Program-made: the position numbers and the translations under genes | In this document: positions 23,701-41,700 of the stretch, piece by piece | Numbering within the stretch: position 1 is the first letter of the stretch | Layout: each line of letters begins with the position of its first letter | Notes under the pieces: model-generated | What the model saw: the letters and a program-made list of their open reading frames with translations, nothing else | Told to the model about the DNA's origin: nothing | The model's database searches: none | Source of the DNA: Eledone cirrhosa | Lineage: Eukaryota | Direction of reading: 5' to 3' | Assembly (NCBI GenBank): GCA_964016885.1 | Contig: OZ024743.1 | Span: 280,550,001-280,614,000 of the forward strand | DNA length: 64,000 bases

Positions 23701-26700
23701 CAATGTCTTCACAATCTTACTAACAATCAGTATGATGACTATGATTCAATGTCTTCAAATCTTACTAACCATCAGTATGATGACTATGATTCAATGTTAT
23801 CACAATCTTACTAACCATCTGTATCATGACTATGATTCAATGTTTTCACAATCTTACTAACTATCAGTATGATGACTATGATTCAATGTCTTCACAATCT
23901 TACTAACCATCAGTATGTTGACTATGATTCAATGTCTTCACAATCTTACTAACCATCAGTATCATGACTATGATTCAATGTCTTCACAATCTTACTAACC
24001 ATCAGTATCATGACTATGATTCAATGTCATCACAATCTTACTAACCATCAGTATCATGACTATGATTCAATGTCTTCACAATCTTACTAACCATCAGTAT
24101 GATGACTATGATTCAATGTCATCACAATCTTACTAACCATCAGTATGATGACTATGATTCAATGTTATCACAATCTTACTAACCATCAGTATGATGACTA
24201 TGATTCAATGTCTTCACAATCTTACTAACCATCAGTATAATGACTATGATTCAATGTCTTCACAATCTGTCTAACCATCAGTATGATGACTATGATTCAA
24301 TGTCTTCACAATCTTACTAATCATCAGTATGATCACTATGATTCAATGTCTTCACAATCTTACTAACCATCAGTATGATGATTATGATTCAATGTCTTCA
24401 CAATCTTACTAACCATCAGTTTGATGACTAAGATTCAATGTCATCACAATCTTACTAACCATCAGTATGATGACTATGATTCAATGTCTTCACAATCTTA
24501 CTAACCATCAGTATGATGACTATGATTCAATGTCTTCACAATCTTACTAACCATCAGTGTGATGACTATGATTCAATGTCTTCACAATCTTACTAACCAT
24601 CAGTATGATGACTATGATTCAATGCCTTCACAATCTTACTAACCATCAGTATGATGACTATGATTAAATGTCTTCACAATCTTACTAACCACCAGTATGA
24701 TGACTATGATTCAATGTCTTCCAAATCTTACTAACCATCAGTATGATGACTGTTTCAATGTCTTCACAATCTTACTAACCATCAGCATGATGACTATGAT
24801 TCAATGTCTTCACAATCTTACTAACCATCTGTATGATGACTATGATTCAATGTCATCACAATCTTACTAACCATCAGTATGATGACTATGATTCAATGTC
24901 TTCACAATCTTACTAACCATCAGTATCATGACTATGATTCAATGTCTTAACAATCTTACTAACCATCTGTATGATGACTATGATTCAATGTCTTCACAAT
25001 CTTACTAACCATCAGTATCATGACTATGATTCAATGTCTTCACAATCTTACTAACCATCAGTATCATGACTATGATTCAATGTCTTAACAATCTTACTAA
25101 CCATCAGTATGGTGACTATGATTCAATGTCTTCACAATCTTACTAACCATTAGTATGATGACTATGATTCAATGTCTTCACAATCTTACTAACCACCAGT
25201 ATGATGATTATGATTCAATGTCTTCACAATCTTACTAACCATCAGTGTGATGACTATGATTCAATGTCATCACAATCTTACTAACAATCAGTATGATGAC
25301 TGTGATTCAATGTCTTCACAATCTTACTAACCATCAGTATCATGACTATGATTCAATGTCTTAACAATCTTACTAACCATCAGTATGATGACTATGATTC
25401 AATGACTTCACAATCTTACTAACCATCAGTATGATGACTATGATTCAATGTCTTCACAATCTTACTAACCATCAGTATGATGACTATGATTCAATGTCTT
25501 CACAATCTTACTAACCATCAGTATGATGACTATGATTCAATGTCTTCACAATCTTACTAACCATCAGTATCATGATTATGATTCAATCTCTTCACAATCT
25601 TACTAACCATCAGTATCATGACTATGATTGAATGTCTTCACAATCTTACTAACCATCAGTGTGATGACTATGATTCAATGTCATCACAATCTTACTAACA
25701 ATCAGTATGATGACTATGATTCAATGTCATCACAATCTTACTAACCATCAGTTTGATGACTATGTTTCAATGTCTTCACAATCTTACTAACCATCAGTGT
25801 GATGACTATGATTCAATGTCATCACAATCTTACTAACAATCAGTATGATGACTATGATTCAATGTCTTCAAAATCTTACTAACCATCAGTATGATGACTA
25901 TGATTCAATGTCATCACAATCTTACTAACCATCAGTATGATGACTATGATTCAATGTCTTCACAATCTTACTAACCATCAGTATCATGACTATGATTTAA
26001 TGTCTTAACAATCTTACTAACCATCAGTATGATGACTATGATTCAATGTCTGCACAATCTTACTAACCATCAGTATGATGACTATGATTCAATGTCTTCA
26101 CAATCATACTAACCATCAGTATGATGACTATGATTCAATGTCTTCACAATCTTACTACCCATCAGTATGAGGACTATGATTCAATGTCTTCACAATCTTA
26201 CTAACCATCAGTATGATGACTATGATTCAATGTCTTCACAATCTTACTAACCATCAGTATGATGACTATGATTCAATGTCTTCACAATCTTACTAACCAC
26301 CAGTATGATGACTATGATTCAATGTCTTCACAATCTTACTAACCATCAGTATGATGACTATGATTCAATGTCATCACAATGTTACTAACTATCAGTATCA
26401 TGACTATGATTCAATGTCTTCACAATCTTACTAACTATCAGTATGATGACTATGATTCAATGTCTTCACAATCTTACTAACCATCAGTATGTTGACTATG
26501 ATTCAATGTCTTCACAATCTTAATAACCATCAGTATGATGACTATGATTCAATGTCTTCACAATCTTACTAACCATCAGTATCATGACTATGATTCAATG
26601 TCATCACAATCTTACTAACCATCAGTATCATGACTATGATTCAATGTCTTCACAATCTTACTAACCATCAGTATGATGACTATGATTCAATGTCTTGACA

Positions 26701-29700
26701 ATAATACTAACCATCAGTATGATGACTATGATTCAATGTCATCACAATCTTAAAAACCATCAGAATTATGACTATGTTTCAATGTCTTCACAATCTTACT
26801 AACCATCAGCATGATGACTATGATTCAATGTCTTCACAATCTAACTAACCATCAGTATGATGACTATGATTCAATGTCATCACAATCTTACTAACCATCA
26901 GTATGATGACTATGATTCAATGTCATCACAATCTTACTAACCATCAGTATCATGACTATGATTCAATGTCTTAACAATCTTACTAACCATCAGTATGATG
27001 ACTATGATTCAATGTCTTCACAATCTTACTAACCATCAGTATCATGACTATGATTCAATGTCTTCACAATCTTACTAACCATCAGTATCATGACTATGAT
27101 TCAATCGCTTAACAATCTTACTAACCATCAGTATGGTGACTATGATTCAATGTCTTCACAATCTTACTAACCATCAGTATCATGACTATGATTCAATGTC
27201 ATCACAATCTTACTAACCATCAGTATGATGACTATCATTCAATGTCTTCACAATCTTACTAACCATCAGTATGATGACTATGATTCAATGTCATCACAAT
27301 CTTACTAACCATTAGAATGATGACTATGATTCAATGTCTTCACAATCTTACTAACCATCAGTATCATGACTATGATTCAATGTCATCACAATCTTAGTAA
27401 CAGTCAGTATCATGACTATGATTCAATGTCATCACAATCTTACTAACCATTAGAATGATGACTATGATTCAATGTCTTCACAATCTTACTAACCATCAGT
27501 ATCATGACTATGATTCAATGTCATCACAATCTTACTAACAGTCAGTATCATGACTATGATTCAATGTCATCACAATCTTACTAACCATCAATATGATGAC
27601 TATGTTTCAATGTCTTCACAATCTTACTAACCATCAGCATGATGACTATGATTCAATGTCTTCACAATCTTACTAACCATCAGTATGATGAATATGATTG
27701 AATGTCTTCACAATCTTACTAACCATCAGTATCATGAATATGATTGAATGTCTTCACAATCTTACTAACCATCAGTATCATGACTATGATTCAATGTCTT
27801 CACAATCTTACTAACCATCAGTATGATGACTATGATTCAATGTCTTCACAATCTTACTAACCATCAGTATGATGACTATGATTCAATGTCTTCACAATCT
27901 TACTAACCATCAGTATCATGACTATGATTCAATGTCATCACAATCTTACCAACCATCAGTATGATGACTATGATTCAATGTTTTCACAATCTTACTAACC
28001 ATCAGTACCATGACTATGATTCAATGTCATCACAATCTTACCAACCATCAGTATGATGACTATGATTCAATGTCTTCACAATCTTACTAACCATCAGTAT
28101 CATGACTATAATTCAATGTCTTCACAATCTTACTAACCATCAGTATGATGACTATGATTCAATGTCTTCACAATCTTACTAACCATCAGTATCATGACTA
28201 TGATTCAATGGCTTCACAATCTTACTAACCATCAGTATGATGACTATGATTCAATGTCTTCACAATCTTACTAACCATCAGTATGATGACTATGATTCAA
28301 TGTCATCACAATCTTACTAACTATCAGTATGATGACTATGATTCAATGTCTTGACAATCTTCCTAACCATCATTATGATGACTATGGTTCAATGTCTTCA
28401 CAATCTTACTAACCATCAGTATCATGACTATGGTTCAATGTCTTCACAATCTTACTAACCATCAGTATGATGACTATGATTCAATGTCTTCACAATCTTA
28501 CTAACCATCAGTATGATGACTATGATTCAATGTCTTCACAATCTTACTAACCATTAGTATGATGACTATGATTCAATGTCTTCACAATCTTACTAACCAT
28601 CACTATGATGACTATGATTCAATGTATTCACAATCTTACGAACCATCAGTATGATGACTATGGTTGAATGTCTTCACAATCTTACTAACCATCAGTATGA
28701 TGACTATGATTCAATGTCATCACAATCTTACTAACCATCAGTAGCATGACTATGATTCAATGTCTTCACAATCTTACTAACCATCAGTATCATGACTATG
28801 ATTCAATGTCTTCACAATCTTACTAACCATCAGTATGATGAATATGATTGAATGTCTTCACAATCTTACTAACCATCAGTATCATGAATATGATTGAATG
28901 TCTTCACAATCTTGCTAACCATCTGTATCATGACTATGATTCAATGTCTTCACAATCTTACTAACCATCAGTATGATGACTATGATTCAATGTCTTCACA
29001 ATCTTACTAACCATCAGTATGATGACTATAATTCAATGTCTTCACAATCTTACTAACCATCAGTATGATGACTATGATTCAATGTCTTCACAATCTTACT
29101 AACCATCAGTATGATGACTATGATTCAATGTCTTCACAATCTTACTAACCATCAGTATCATGACTATGATTCGATGGCTTCACAATCTTACTAACCATCA
29201 GTATGATGACTATGATTCAATGTCTTCACAATCTTACTAACCATCAGTATCATGACTATGATTCAATGTCTTCACAATCTTACTAACCATCAGTATGATG
29301 ACTATGATTCAATGTCTTCACAATCTTACTAACCATCAGTATGATGACTATGTTTCAATGTCTTCACAATCTTACTAACCATCAGTATGATGACTATGAT
29401 TGAATGTCTTCACAATCTTACTAACCATCAGTATGATGACTATGATTCAATGTCATCACAATCTTACCAACCATCAGTATGATTACTATGATTCAATGTT
29501 TTCACAATCTTACTAACCATCAGTACCATGACTATGATTCAATGTCATTACAATCTTACCAACCATCAATATGATGACTATGATTCAATGTCTTCACAAT
29601 CTTACTAACCATCAGTATCATGACTATAATTCAATGTCTTCACAATCTTACTAGCCATCAGTATCATGACTATGATTTAATGTCTTCACAATCTTACTAA

Positions 29701-32700
29701 CCATCAGTATGATGACTATGATTCAATGTCTTCACAATCTTACTAACCATCAGTATGATGACTATGATTCAATGTCTTCACAATATTACTAACTATCAGT
29801 ATGATGACTATGATTCAATGTCTTCACAATCTTACTAACCATTAGTATGATGACTATGTTTCAATGTCTTCACAATCTTACTAACCATCAGTATGGTGAC
29901 TATGATTCAATGTCATCACAATATTACTAACCATCAGTATGATGACTATGATTCAATGTCTTCACAATCTTACTAACCATCAGTATCATGACTAAGATTC
30001 AATGTCTTCACAATCTTACTAACCATCAGTATGATGACTATGATTCAATGTCTTCACAATCTTACTAACCATCAGTATGATGACTATGATTCAATGTCTT
30101 CACAATTTAACTAACCATCAGTATCATGACTATGATTCAATGTCTTCACAATCTTACTAACCATCAGTATGATGACTATGATTCAATGTCTTCACAATCT
30201 TACTAACCATCAGTATCATGACTATGATTGAATGTCTTCACAATCTTACTAACCATCAGTATGATGACTATGATTCAATGTGTTCACAATCTTACTAACC
30301 ATCAGTATGATGACTATGATTCAATGTCTTCACAATCTTACTAACCATCAGTATCATGACTATGACTCAATGTCTTCACAATCTTACTAACCATCAGTAT
30401 GATGACTAACATTCAATGTCTTCACAATCTTACTAACCATCAGTATCATGACTATGATTCAATTACTTCACAATCTTACTAACCATTAGTATGATGACTA
30501 TGATTCAATGTCTTCACAATCTTACTAACCATCACTATGATGACTATGATTCAATGTATTCACAATCTTACGAACCATCAGTACGATGACTATGATTGAA
30601 TGTCTTCACAATCTTACTAACCATCAGTATGATGACTATGATTCAATGTCATCACAATCTTACTAACCATCAGTAGCATGACTATGATTCAATGTCTTCA
30701 CAATCTTACTAACCATCAGTATCATGACTATGATTCAATGTCTTCACAATCTTACTAACCATCAGTATGATGAATATGATTGAATGTCTTCACAATCTTA
30801 CTAACCATCAGTATCATGAATATGATTGAATGTCTTCACAATCTTACTAACCATCTGTATCATGACTATGATTCAATGTCTTCACAATCTTACTAACCAT
30901 CAGTATGATGACTATGATTCAATGTCTTCACAATCTTACTAACCATCAGTATGATGACTATAATTCAATGTCTTCACAATCTTACTAACCATCAGTATGA
31001 TGACTATGATTCAATGTCTTCACAATCTTACTAACCATCAGTATGATGACTATGATTCAATGTCTTCACAATCTTACTAACCATCAGTATCATGACTATG
31101 ATTCGATGGCTTCACAATCTTACTAACCATCAGTATGATGACTATGATTCAATGTCTTCACAATCTTACTAACCATCAGTATCATGACTATGATTCAATG
31201 TCTTCACAATCTTACTAACCATCAGTATGATGACTATGATTCAATGTCTTCACAATCTTACTAACCATCAGTATGATGACTATGTTTCAATGTCTTCACA
31301 ATCTTACTAACCATCAGTATGATGACTATGATTGAATGTCTTCACAATCTTACTAACCATCAGTATGATGACTATGATTCAATGTCATCACAATCTTACC
31401 AACCATCAGTATGATTACTATGATTCAATGTTTTCACAATCTTACTAACCATCAGTACCATGACTATGATTCAATGTCATTACAATCTTACCAACCATCA
31501 ATATGATGACTATGATTCAATGTCTTCACAATCTTACTAACCATCAGTATCATGACTATAATTCAATGTCTTCACAATCTTACTAGCCATCAGTATCATG
31601 ACTATGATTTAATGTCTTCACAATCTTACTAACCATCAGTATGATGACTATGATTCAATGTCTTCACAATCTTACTAACCATCAGTATGATGACTATGAT
31701 TCAATGTCTTCACAATATTACTAACTATCAGTATGATGACTATGATTCAATGTCTTCACAATCTTACTAACCATTAGTATGATGACTATGTTTCAATGTC
31801 TTCACAATCTTACTAACCATCAGTATGGTGACTATGATTCAATGTCATCACAATATTACTAACCATCAGTATGATGACTATGATTCAATGTCTTCACAAT
31901 CTTACTAACCATCAGTATCATGACTAAGATTCAATGTCTTCACAATCTTACTAACCATCAGTATGATGACTATGATTCAATGTCTTCACAATCTTACTAA
32001 CCATCAGTATGATGACTATGATTCAATGTCTTCACAATCTTACTAACCATCAGTATCATGACTATGATTGAATGTCTTCACAATCTTACTAACCATCAGT
32101 ATGATGACTATGATTCAATGTGTTCACAATCTTACTAACCATCAGTATGATGACTATGATTCAATGTCTTCACAATCTTACTAACCATCAGTATCATGAC
32201 TATGACTCAATGTCTTCACAATCTTACTAACCATCAGTATGATGACTAACATTCAATGTCTTCACAATCTTACTAACCATCAGTATCATGATTATGATTC
32301 AATTACTTCACAATCTTACTAACCATCAGTATGATGACTATGATTGAATGTCTTCACAATCTTACTAACCATCAGTATCATGACTATGATTCAATGTCAT
32401 CACAATCTTACCAACCATCAGTATGATTACTATGATTCAATGTTTTCACAATCTTACTAACCATCAGTACCATGACTATGATTCAATGTCATCACAATCT
32501 TACCAACCATCAATATGATGACTATGATTCAATGTCTTCACAATCTTACTAACCATCAGTATCATGACTATAATTCAATGTCTTCACAATCTTACTAGCC
32601 ATCAGTATCATGACTATGATTCAATGTCTTCACAATCTTACTAACCATCAGTATGATGACTATGATTCAATGTCTTCACAATCTTACTAACCATCAGTAT

Positions 32701-35700
32701 GATGACTATGATTCAATGTCTTCACAATATTACTAACCATCAGTATGATGACTATGATTCAATGTCTTCACAATCTTACTAACCATTAGTATGTTGACTA
32801 TGTTTCAATGTCTTCACAATCTTACTAACCATCAGTATCATGACTATGATTCAATGTCTTCACAATCTTACTAACCATCAGTATCATGACTATGATTGAA
32901 TGTCTTCACAATCTTACTAACCATCAGTATGATGACTATGATTGAATGTCTTCACAATCTTACTAACCATCACTATGATGACTATGATTCAATGTCATCA
33001 CAATCTTACCAACCATCAGTATGATGACTATGATTCAATGTTTTCACAATCTTACTAACCATCAGTACCATGACTATGATTCAATGTCATCACAATCTTA
33101 CCAACCATCAGTATGATGACTATGATTCAATGTCTTCACAATCTTACTAACCATCAGTATGATGACTATAATTCAATGTCTTCACAATCTTACTAACCAT
33201 CAGTATGATGACTATGATTCAATGTCTTCACAATCTTACTAACCATCAGTATGATGACTATGATTCAATGTCTTCACAATTTAACTAACCATCAGTATCA
33301 TGACTATGATTCAATGTCTTGACAATCTTACTAACCATCATTATGATGACTATGGTTCAATGTCTTCACAATCTTACTAACCATCAGTATCATGACTATG
33401 ATTCAATGTCTTCACAATCTTACTAACCATCAGTATGATGACTATTATTCAATGTCTTCACAATCTTACTAACCATGAGTATGATGACTATGATTCAATG
33501 TCTTCACAATTTTACTACCCATCAGTATGATGACTATGATTCAATGTCTTCACAATCTTACTAACCATCAGTATGATGACTATTATTCAATGTCTTCACA
33601 ATCTTACTAACCATCAGTACCATGACTATGATTCAATGTCATCACAATCTTACCAACCATCAATATGATGACTATAATTCAATGTCTTCACAATCTTACT
33701 AGCCATCAGTATCATGACTATGATTCAATGTCTTCACAATCTTACTAACCATCAGTATGATGACTATGATTCAATGTCTTCACAATCTTACTAACCATCA
33801 GTATGATGACTATGATTCAATGTCTTCACAATATTACTAACCATCAGTATGATGACTATGATTCAATGTCTTCACAATCTTACTAACCATTAGTATGATG
33901 ACTATGTTTCAATGTCTTCACAATCTTACTAACCATCAGTATCATGACTATGATTCAATGTCTTCACAATCTTACTAACCATCAGTATCATGACTATGAT
34001 TGAATGTCTTCACAATCTTACTAACCATCAGTATGATGACTATGATTGAATGTCTTCACAATCTTACTAACCATCACTATGATGACTATGATTCAATGTA
34101 TTCACAATCTTACTAACCATCAGTATGATGACTATGATTGAATGTCTTCACAATCTTACTAACCATCAGTATCATGACTATGATCCAATGTCATCACAAT
34201 CTTACCAACCATCAGTATGATGACTATGATTCAATGTTTTCACAATCTTACTAACCATCAGTACCATGACTATGATTCAATGTCATCACAATCTTACCAA
34301 CCATCAGTATGATGACTATGATTCAATGTCTTCACAATCTTACTAACCATCAGTATGATGACTATAATTCAATGTCTTCACAATCTTACTAACCATCAGT
34401 ATGATGACTATGATTCAATGTCTTCACAATCTTACTAACCATCAGTATGATGACTATGATTCAATGTCTTCACAATTTAACTAACCATCAGTATCATGAC
34501 TATGATTCAATGTCTTGACAATCTTACTAACCATCATTATGATGACTATGGTTCAATGTCTTCACAATCTTACTAACCATCAGTATCATGACTATGATTC
34601 AATGTCTTCACAATCTTACTAACCATCAGTATCATGACTATGATCCAATGTCATCACAATCTTACCAACCATCAGTATGATGACTATGATTGAATGTCTT
34701 CACAATCTTACTAACCATCAGTATCATGACTATGATCCAATGTCATCACAATCTTACCAACCATCAGTATGATGACTATGATTCAATGTTTTCACAATCT
34801 TACTAACCATCAGTACCATGACTATGATTCAATGTCATCACAATCTTACCAACCATCAATATGATGACTATGATTCAATGTCTTCACAATCTTACTAACC
34901 ATCAGTATCATGACTATAATTCAATGTCTTCACAATCTTACTAGCCATCAGTATCATGACTATGATTCAATGTCTTCACAATCTTACTAACCATCAGTAT
35001 GATGACTATGATTCAATGTCTTCACAATCTTACTAACCATCAGTATGATGACTATGATTCAATGTCTTCACAATATTACTAACCATCAGTATGATGACTA
35101 TGATTCAATGTCTTCACAATCTTACTAACCATTAGTATGTTGACTATGTTTCAATGTCTTCACAATCTTACTAACCATCAGTATCATGACTATGATTCAA
35201 TGTCTTCACAATCTTACTAACCATCAGTATCATGACTATGATTGAATGTCTTCACAATCTTACTAACCATCAGTATGATGACTATGATTGAATGTCTTCA
35301 CAATCTTACTAACCATCACTATGATGACTATGATTCAATGTCATCACAATCTTACCAACCATCAGTATGATGACTATGATTCAATGTTTTCACAATCTTA
35401 CTAACCATCAGTACCATGACTATGATTCAATGTCATCACAATCTTACCAACCATCAGTATGATGACTATGATTCAATGTCTTCACAATCTTACTAACCAT
35501 CAGTATGATGACTATAATTCAATGTCTTCACAATCTTACTAACCATCAGTATGATGACTATGATTCAATGTCTTCACAATCTTACTAACCATCAGTATGA
35601 TGACTATGATTCAATGTCTTCACAATTTAACTAACCATCAGTATCATGACTATGATTCAATGTCTTGACAATCTTACTAACCATCATTATGATGACTATG

Positions 35701-38700
35701 GTTCAATGTCTTCACAATCTTACTAACCATCAGTATCATGACTATGATTCAATGTCTTCACAATCTTACTAACCATCAGTATGATGACTATTATTCAATG
35801 TCTTCACAATCTTACTAACCATGAGTATGATGACTATGATTCAATGTCTTCACAATTTTACTACCCATCAGTATGATGACTATGATTCAATGTCTTCACA
35901 ATCTTACTAACCATCAGTATGATGACTATTATTCAATGTCTTCACAATCTTACTAACCATCAGTACCATGACTATGATTCAATGTCATCACAATCTTACC
36001 AACCATCAATATGATGACTATAATTCAATGTCTTCACAATCTTACTAGCCATCAGTATCATGACTATGATTCAATGTCTTCACAATCTTACTAACCATCA
36101 GTATGATGACTATGATTCAATGTCTTCACAATCTTACTAACCATCAGTATGATGACTATGATTCAATGTCTTCACAATATTACTAACCATCAGTATGATG
36201 ACTATGATTCAATGTCTTCACAATCTTACTAACCATTAGTATGATGACTATGTTTCAATGTCTTCACAATCTTACTAACCATCAGTATCATGACTATGAT
36301 TCAATGTCTTCACAATCTTACTAACCATCAGTATCATGACTATGATTGAATGTCTTCACAATCTTACTAACCATCAGTATGATGACTATGATTGAATGTC
36401 TTCACAATCTTACTAACCATCACTATGATGACTATGATTCAATGTATTCACAATCTTACTAACCATCAGTATGATGACTATGATTGAATGTCTTCACAAT
36501 CTTACTAACCATCAGTATCATGACTATGATCCAATGTCATCACAATCTTACCAACCATCAGTATGATGACTATGATTCAATGTTTTCACAATCTTACTAA
36601 CCATCAGTACCATGACTATGATTCAATGTCATCACAATCTTACCAACCATCAGTATGATGACTATGATTCAATGTCTTCACAATCTTACTAACCATCAGT
36701 ATGATGACTATAATTCAATGTCTTCACAATCTTACTAACCATCAGTATGATGACTATGATTCAATGTCTTCACAATCTTACTAACCATCAGTATGATGAC
36801 TATGATTCAATGTCTTCACAATTTAACTAACCATCAGTATCATGACTATGATTCAATGTCTTGACAATCTTACTAACCATCATTATGATGACTATGGTTC
36901 AATGTCTTCACAATCTTACTAACCATCAGTATCATGACTATGATTCAATGTCTTCACAATCTTACTAACCATCAGTATGATGACTATTATTCAATGTCTT
37001 CACAATCTTACTAACCATGAGTATGATGACTATGATTCAATGTCTTCACAATTTTACTACCCATCAGTATGATGACTATGATTCAATGTCTTCACAATCT
37101 TACTAACCATCAGTATTATGACTATGATTCAATGACTTCACAATCTTACTAACCATCAGTATGATGACTATGATTCAATGTCTTCACAATGTTACTAACC
37201 ATCAGTATGATGACTATGATTCAATGTCATCACAATCTTACTAACCATCAGTATGGTGACTATGATTCAATGTCATCACAATATTACTAACCATCAGTAT
37301 GATGACTATGATTCAATGTCTTCACAATCTTACTAACCATCAGTATCATGACTAAGATTCAATGTCTTCACAATCTTACTAACCATCAGTATGATGACTA
37401 TGATTCAATGTCTTCACAATCTTACTAACCATCAGTATGATGACTATGATTCAATGTCTTCACAATCTTACTAACCATCAGTACCATGACTATGATTCAA
37501 TGTCTTCACAATCTTACTAACCATCAGTATGATGACTATGATTCAATGTCTTCACAATCTTACTAACCATCAGTATCATGACTATGATTCAATTACTTCA
37601 CAATCTTACTAACCATCAGTATGATGACTATGATTCAATGTCTTCACAATCTTACTAACCATCAGTATCATGACTATGATTCAATGTCATCACAATCTTA
37701 CCAACCATCAGTATGATTACTATGATTCAATGTTTTCACAATCTTACTAACCATCAGTACCATGACTATGATTCAATGTCATCACAATCTTACCAACCAT
37801 CAATATGATGACTATGATTCAATGTCTTCACAATCTTACTAACCATCAGTATCATGACTATAATTCAATGTCTTCACAATCTTACTAGCCATCAGTATCA
37901 TGACTATGATTCAATGTCTTCACAATCTTACTAACCATCAGTATGATGACTATGATTCAATGTCTTCACAATCTTACTAACCATCAGTATGATGACTATG
38001 ATTCAATGTCTTCACAATATTACTAACCATCAGTATGATGACTATGATTCAATGTCTTCACAATCTTACTAACCATTAGTATGATGACTATGTTTCAATG
38101 TCTTCACAATCTTACTAACCATCAGTATCATGACTATGATTCAATGTCTTCACAATCTTACTAACCATCAGTATCATGACTATGATTGAATGTCTTCACA
38201 ATCTTACTAACCATCAGTATGATGACTATGATTGAATGTCTTCACAATCTTACTAACCATCACTATGATGACTATGATTCAATGTATTCACAATCTTACT
38301 AACCATCAGTATGATGACTATGATTGAATGTCTTCACAATCTTACTAACCATCAGTATCATGACTATGATTCAATGTCATCACAATCTTACCAACCATCA
38401 GTATGATGACTATGATTCAATGTTTTCACAATCTTACTAACCATCAGTACCATGACTATGATTCAATGTCATCACAATCTTACCAACCATCAGTATGATG
38501 ACTATGATTCAATGTCTTCACAATCTTACTAACCATCAGTATGATGACTATAATTCAATGTCTTCACAATCTTACTAACCATCAGTATGATGACTATGAT
38601 TCAATGTCTTCACAATCTTACTAACCATCAGTATGATGACTATGATTCAATGTCTTCACAATTTAACTAACCATCAGTATCATGACTATGATTCAATGTC

Positions 38701-41700
38701 TTGACAATCTTACTAACCATCATTATGATGACTATGGTTCAATGTCTTCACAATCTTACTAACCATCAGTATCATGACTATGATTCAATGTCTTCACAAT
38801 CTTACTAACCATCAGTATGATGACTATTATTCAATGTCTTCACAATCTTACTAACCATGAGTATGATGACTATGATTCAATGTCTTCACAATTTTACTAC
38901 CCATCAGTATGATGACTATGATTCAATGTCTTCACAATCTTACTAACCATCAGTATGATGACTATTATTCAATGTCTTCACAATCTTACTAACCATCAGT
39001 ACCATGACTATGATTCAATGTCATCACAATCTTACCAACCATCAATATGATGACTATAATTCAATGTCTTCACAATCTTACTAGCCATCAGTATCATGAC
39101 TATGATTCAATGTCTTCACAATCTTACTAACCATCAGTATGATGACTATGATTCAATGTCTTCACAATCTTACTAACCATCAGTATGATGACTATGATTC
39201 AATGTCTTCACAATATTACTAACCATCAGTATGATGACTATGATTCAATGTCTTCACAATCTTACTAACCATTAGTATGATGACTATGTTTCAATGTCTT
39301 CACAATCTTACTAACCATCAGTATCATGACTATGATTCAATGTCTTCACAATCTTACTAACCATCAGTATCATGACTATGATTGAATGTCTTCACAATCT
39401 TACTAACCATCAGTATGATGACTATGATTGAATGTCTTCACAATCTTACTAACCATCACTATGATGACTATGATTCAATGTATTCACAATCTTACTAACC
39501 ATCAGTATGATGACTATGATTGAATGTCTTCACAATCTTACTAACCATCAGTATCATGACTATGATTCAATGTCATCACAATCTTACCAACCATCAGTAT
39601 GATGACTATGATTCAATGTTTTCACAATCTTACTAACCATCAGTACCATGACTATGATTCAATGTCATCACAATCTTACCAACCATCAGTATGATGACTA
39701 TGATTCAATGTCTTCACAATCTTACTAACCATCAGTATGATGACTATAATTCAATGTCTTCACAATCTTACTAACCATCAGTATGATGACTATGATTCAA
39801 TGTCTTCACAATCTTACTAACCATCAGTATGATGACTATGATTCAATGTCTTCACAATTTAACTAACCATCAGTATCATGACTATGATTCAATGTCTTGA
39901 CAATCTTACTAACCATCATTATGATGACTATGGTTCAATGTCTTCACAATCTTACTAACCATCAGTATCATGACTATGATTCAATGTCTTCACAATCTTA
40001 CTAACCATCAGTATGATGACTATTATTCAATGTCTTCACAATCTTACTAACCATGAGTATGATGACTATGATTCAATGTCTTCACAATTTTACTACCCAT
40101 CAGTATGATGACTATGATTCAATGTCTTCACAATCTTACTAACCATCAGTATTATGACTATGATTCAATGACTTCACAATCTTACTAACCATCAGTATGA
40201 TGACTATGATTCAATGTCTTCACAATGTTACTAACCATCAGTATGATGACTATGATTCAATGTCATCACAATCTTACTAACCATCAGTATGGTGACTATG
40301 ATTCAATGTCATCACAATATTACTAACCATCAGTATGATGACTATGATTCAATGTCTTCACAATCTTACTAACCATCAGTACCATGACTATGATTCAATG
40401 TCTTCACAATCTTAGTAACAGTCAGTATCATGACTATGATTCAATGTCATCACAATCTTACTAACCATTAGAATGATGACTATGATTCAATGTCTTCACA
40501 ATCTTACTAACCATCAGTATCATGACTATGATTCAATGTCATCACAATCTTACTAACAGTCAGTATCATGACTATGATTCAATGTCATCACAATCTTACT
40601 AACCATCAATATGATGACTATGTTTCAATGTCTTCACAATCTTACTAACCATCAGCATGATGACTATGATTCAATGTCTTCACAATCTTACTAACCATCA
40701 GTATGATGAATATGATTGAATGTCTTCACAATCTTACTAACCATCAGTATCATGAATATGATTGAATGTCTTCACAATCTTACTAACCATCAGTATCATG
40801 ACTATGATTCAATGTCTTCACAATCTTACTAACCATCAGTATGATGACTATGATTCAATGTCTTCACAATCTTACTAACCATCAGTATGATGACTATGAT
40901 TCAATGTCTTCACAATCTTACTAACCATCAGTATCATGACTATGATTCAATGTCATCACAATCTTACCAACCATCAGTATGATGACTATGATTCAATGTT
41001 TTCACAATCTTACTAACCATCAGTACCATGACTATGATTCAATGTCATCACAATCTTACCAACCATCAGTATGATGACTATGATTCAATGTCTTCACAAT
41101 CTTACTAACCATCAGTATCATGACTATAATTCAATGTCTTCACAATCTTACTAACCATCAGTATGATGACTATGATTCAATGTCTTCACAATCTTACTAA
41201 CCATCAGTATCATGACTATGATTCAATGGCTTCACAATCTTACTAACCATCAGTATGATGACTATGATTCAATGTCTTCACAATCTTACTAACCATCAGT
41301 ATGATGACTATGATTCAATGTCATCACAATCTTACTAACTATCAGTATGATGACTATGATTCAATGTCTTGACAATCTTCCTAACCATCATTATGATGAC
41401 TATGGTTCAATGTCTTCACAATCTTACTAACCATCAGTATCATGACTATGGTTCAATGTCTTCACAATCTTACTAACCATCAGTATGATGACTATGATTC
41501 AATGTCTTCACAATCTTACTAACCATCAGTATGATGACTATGATTCAATGTCTTCACAATCTTACTAACCATTAGTATGATGACTATGATTCAATGTCTT
41601 CACAATCTTACTAACCATCACTATGATGACTATGATTCAATGTATTCACAATCTTACGAACCATCAGTATGATGACTATGGTTGAATGTCTTCACAATCT

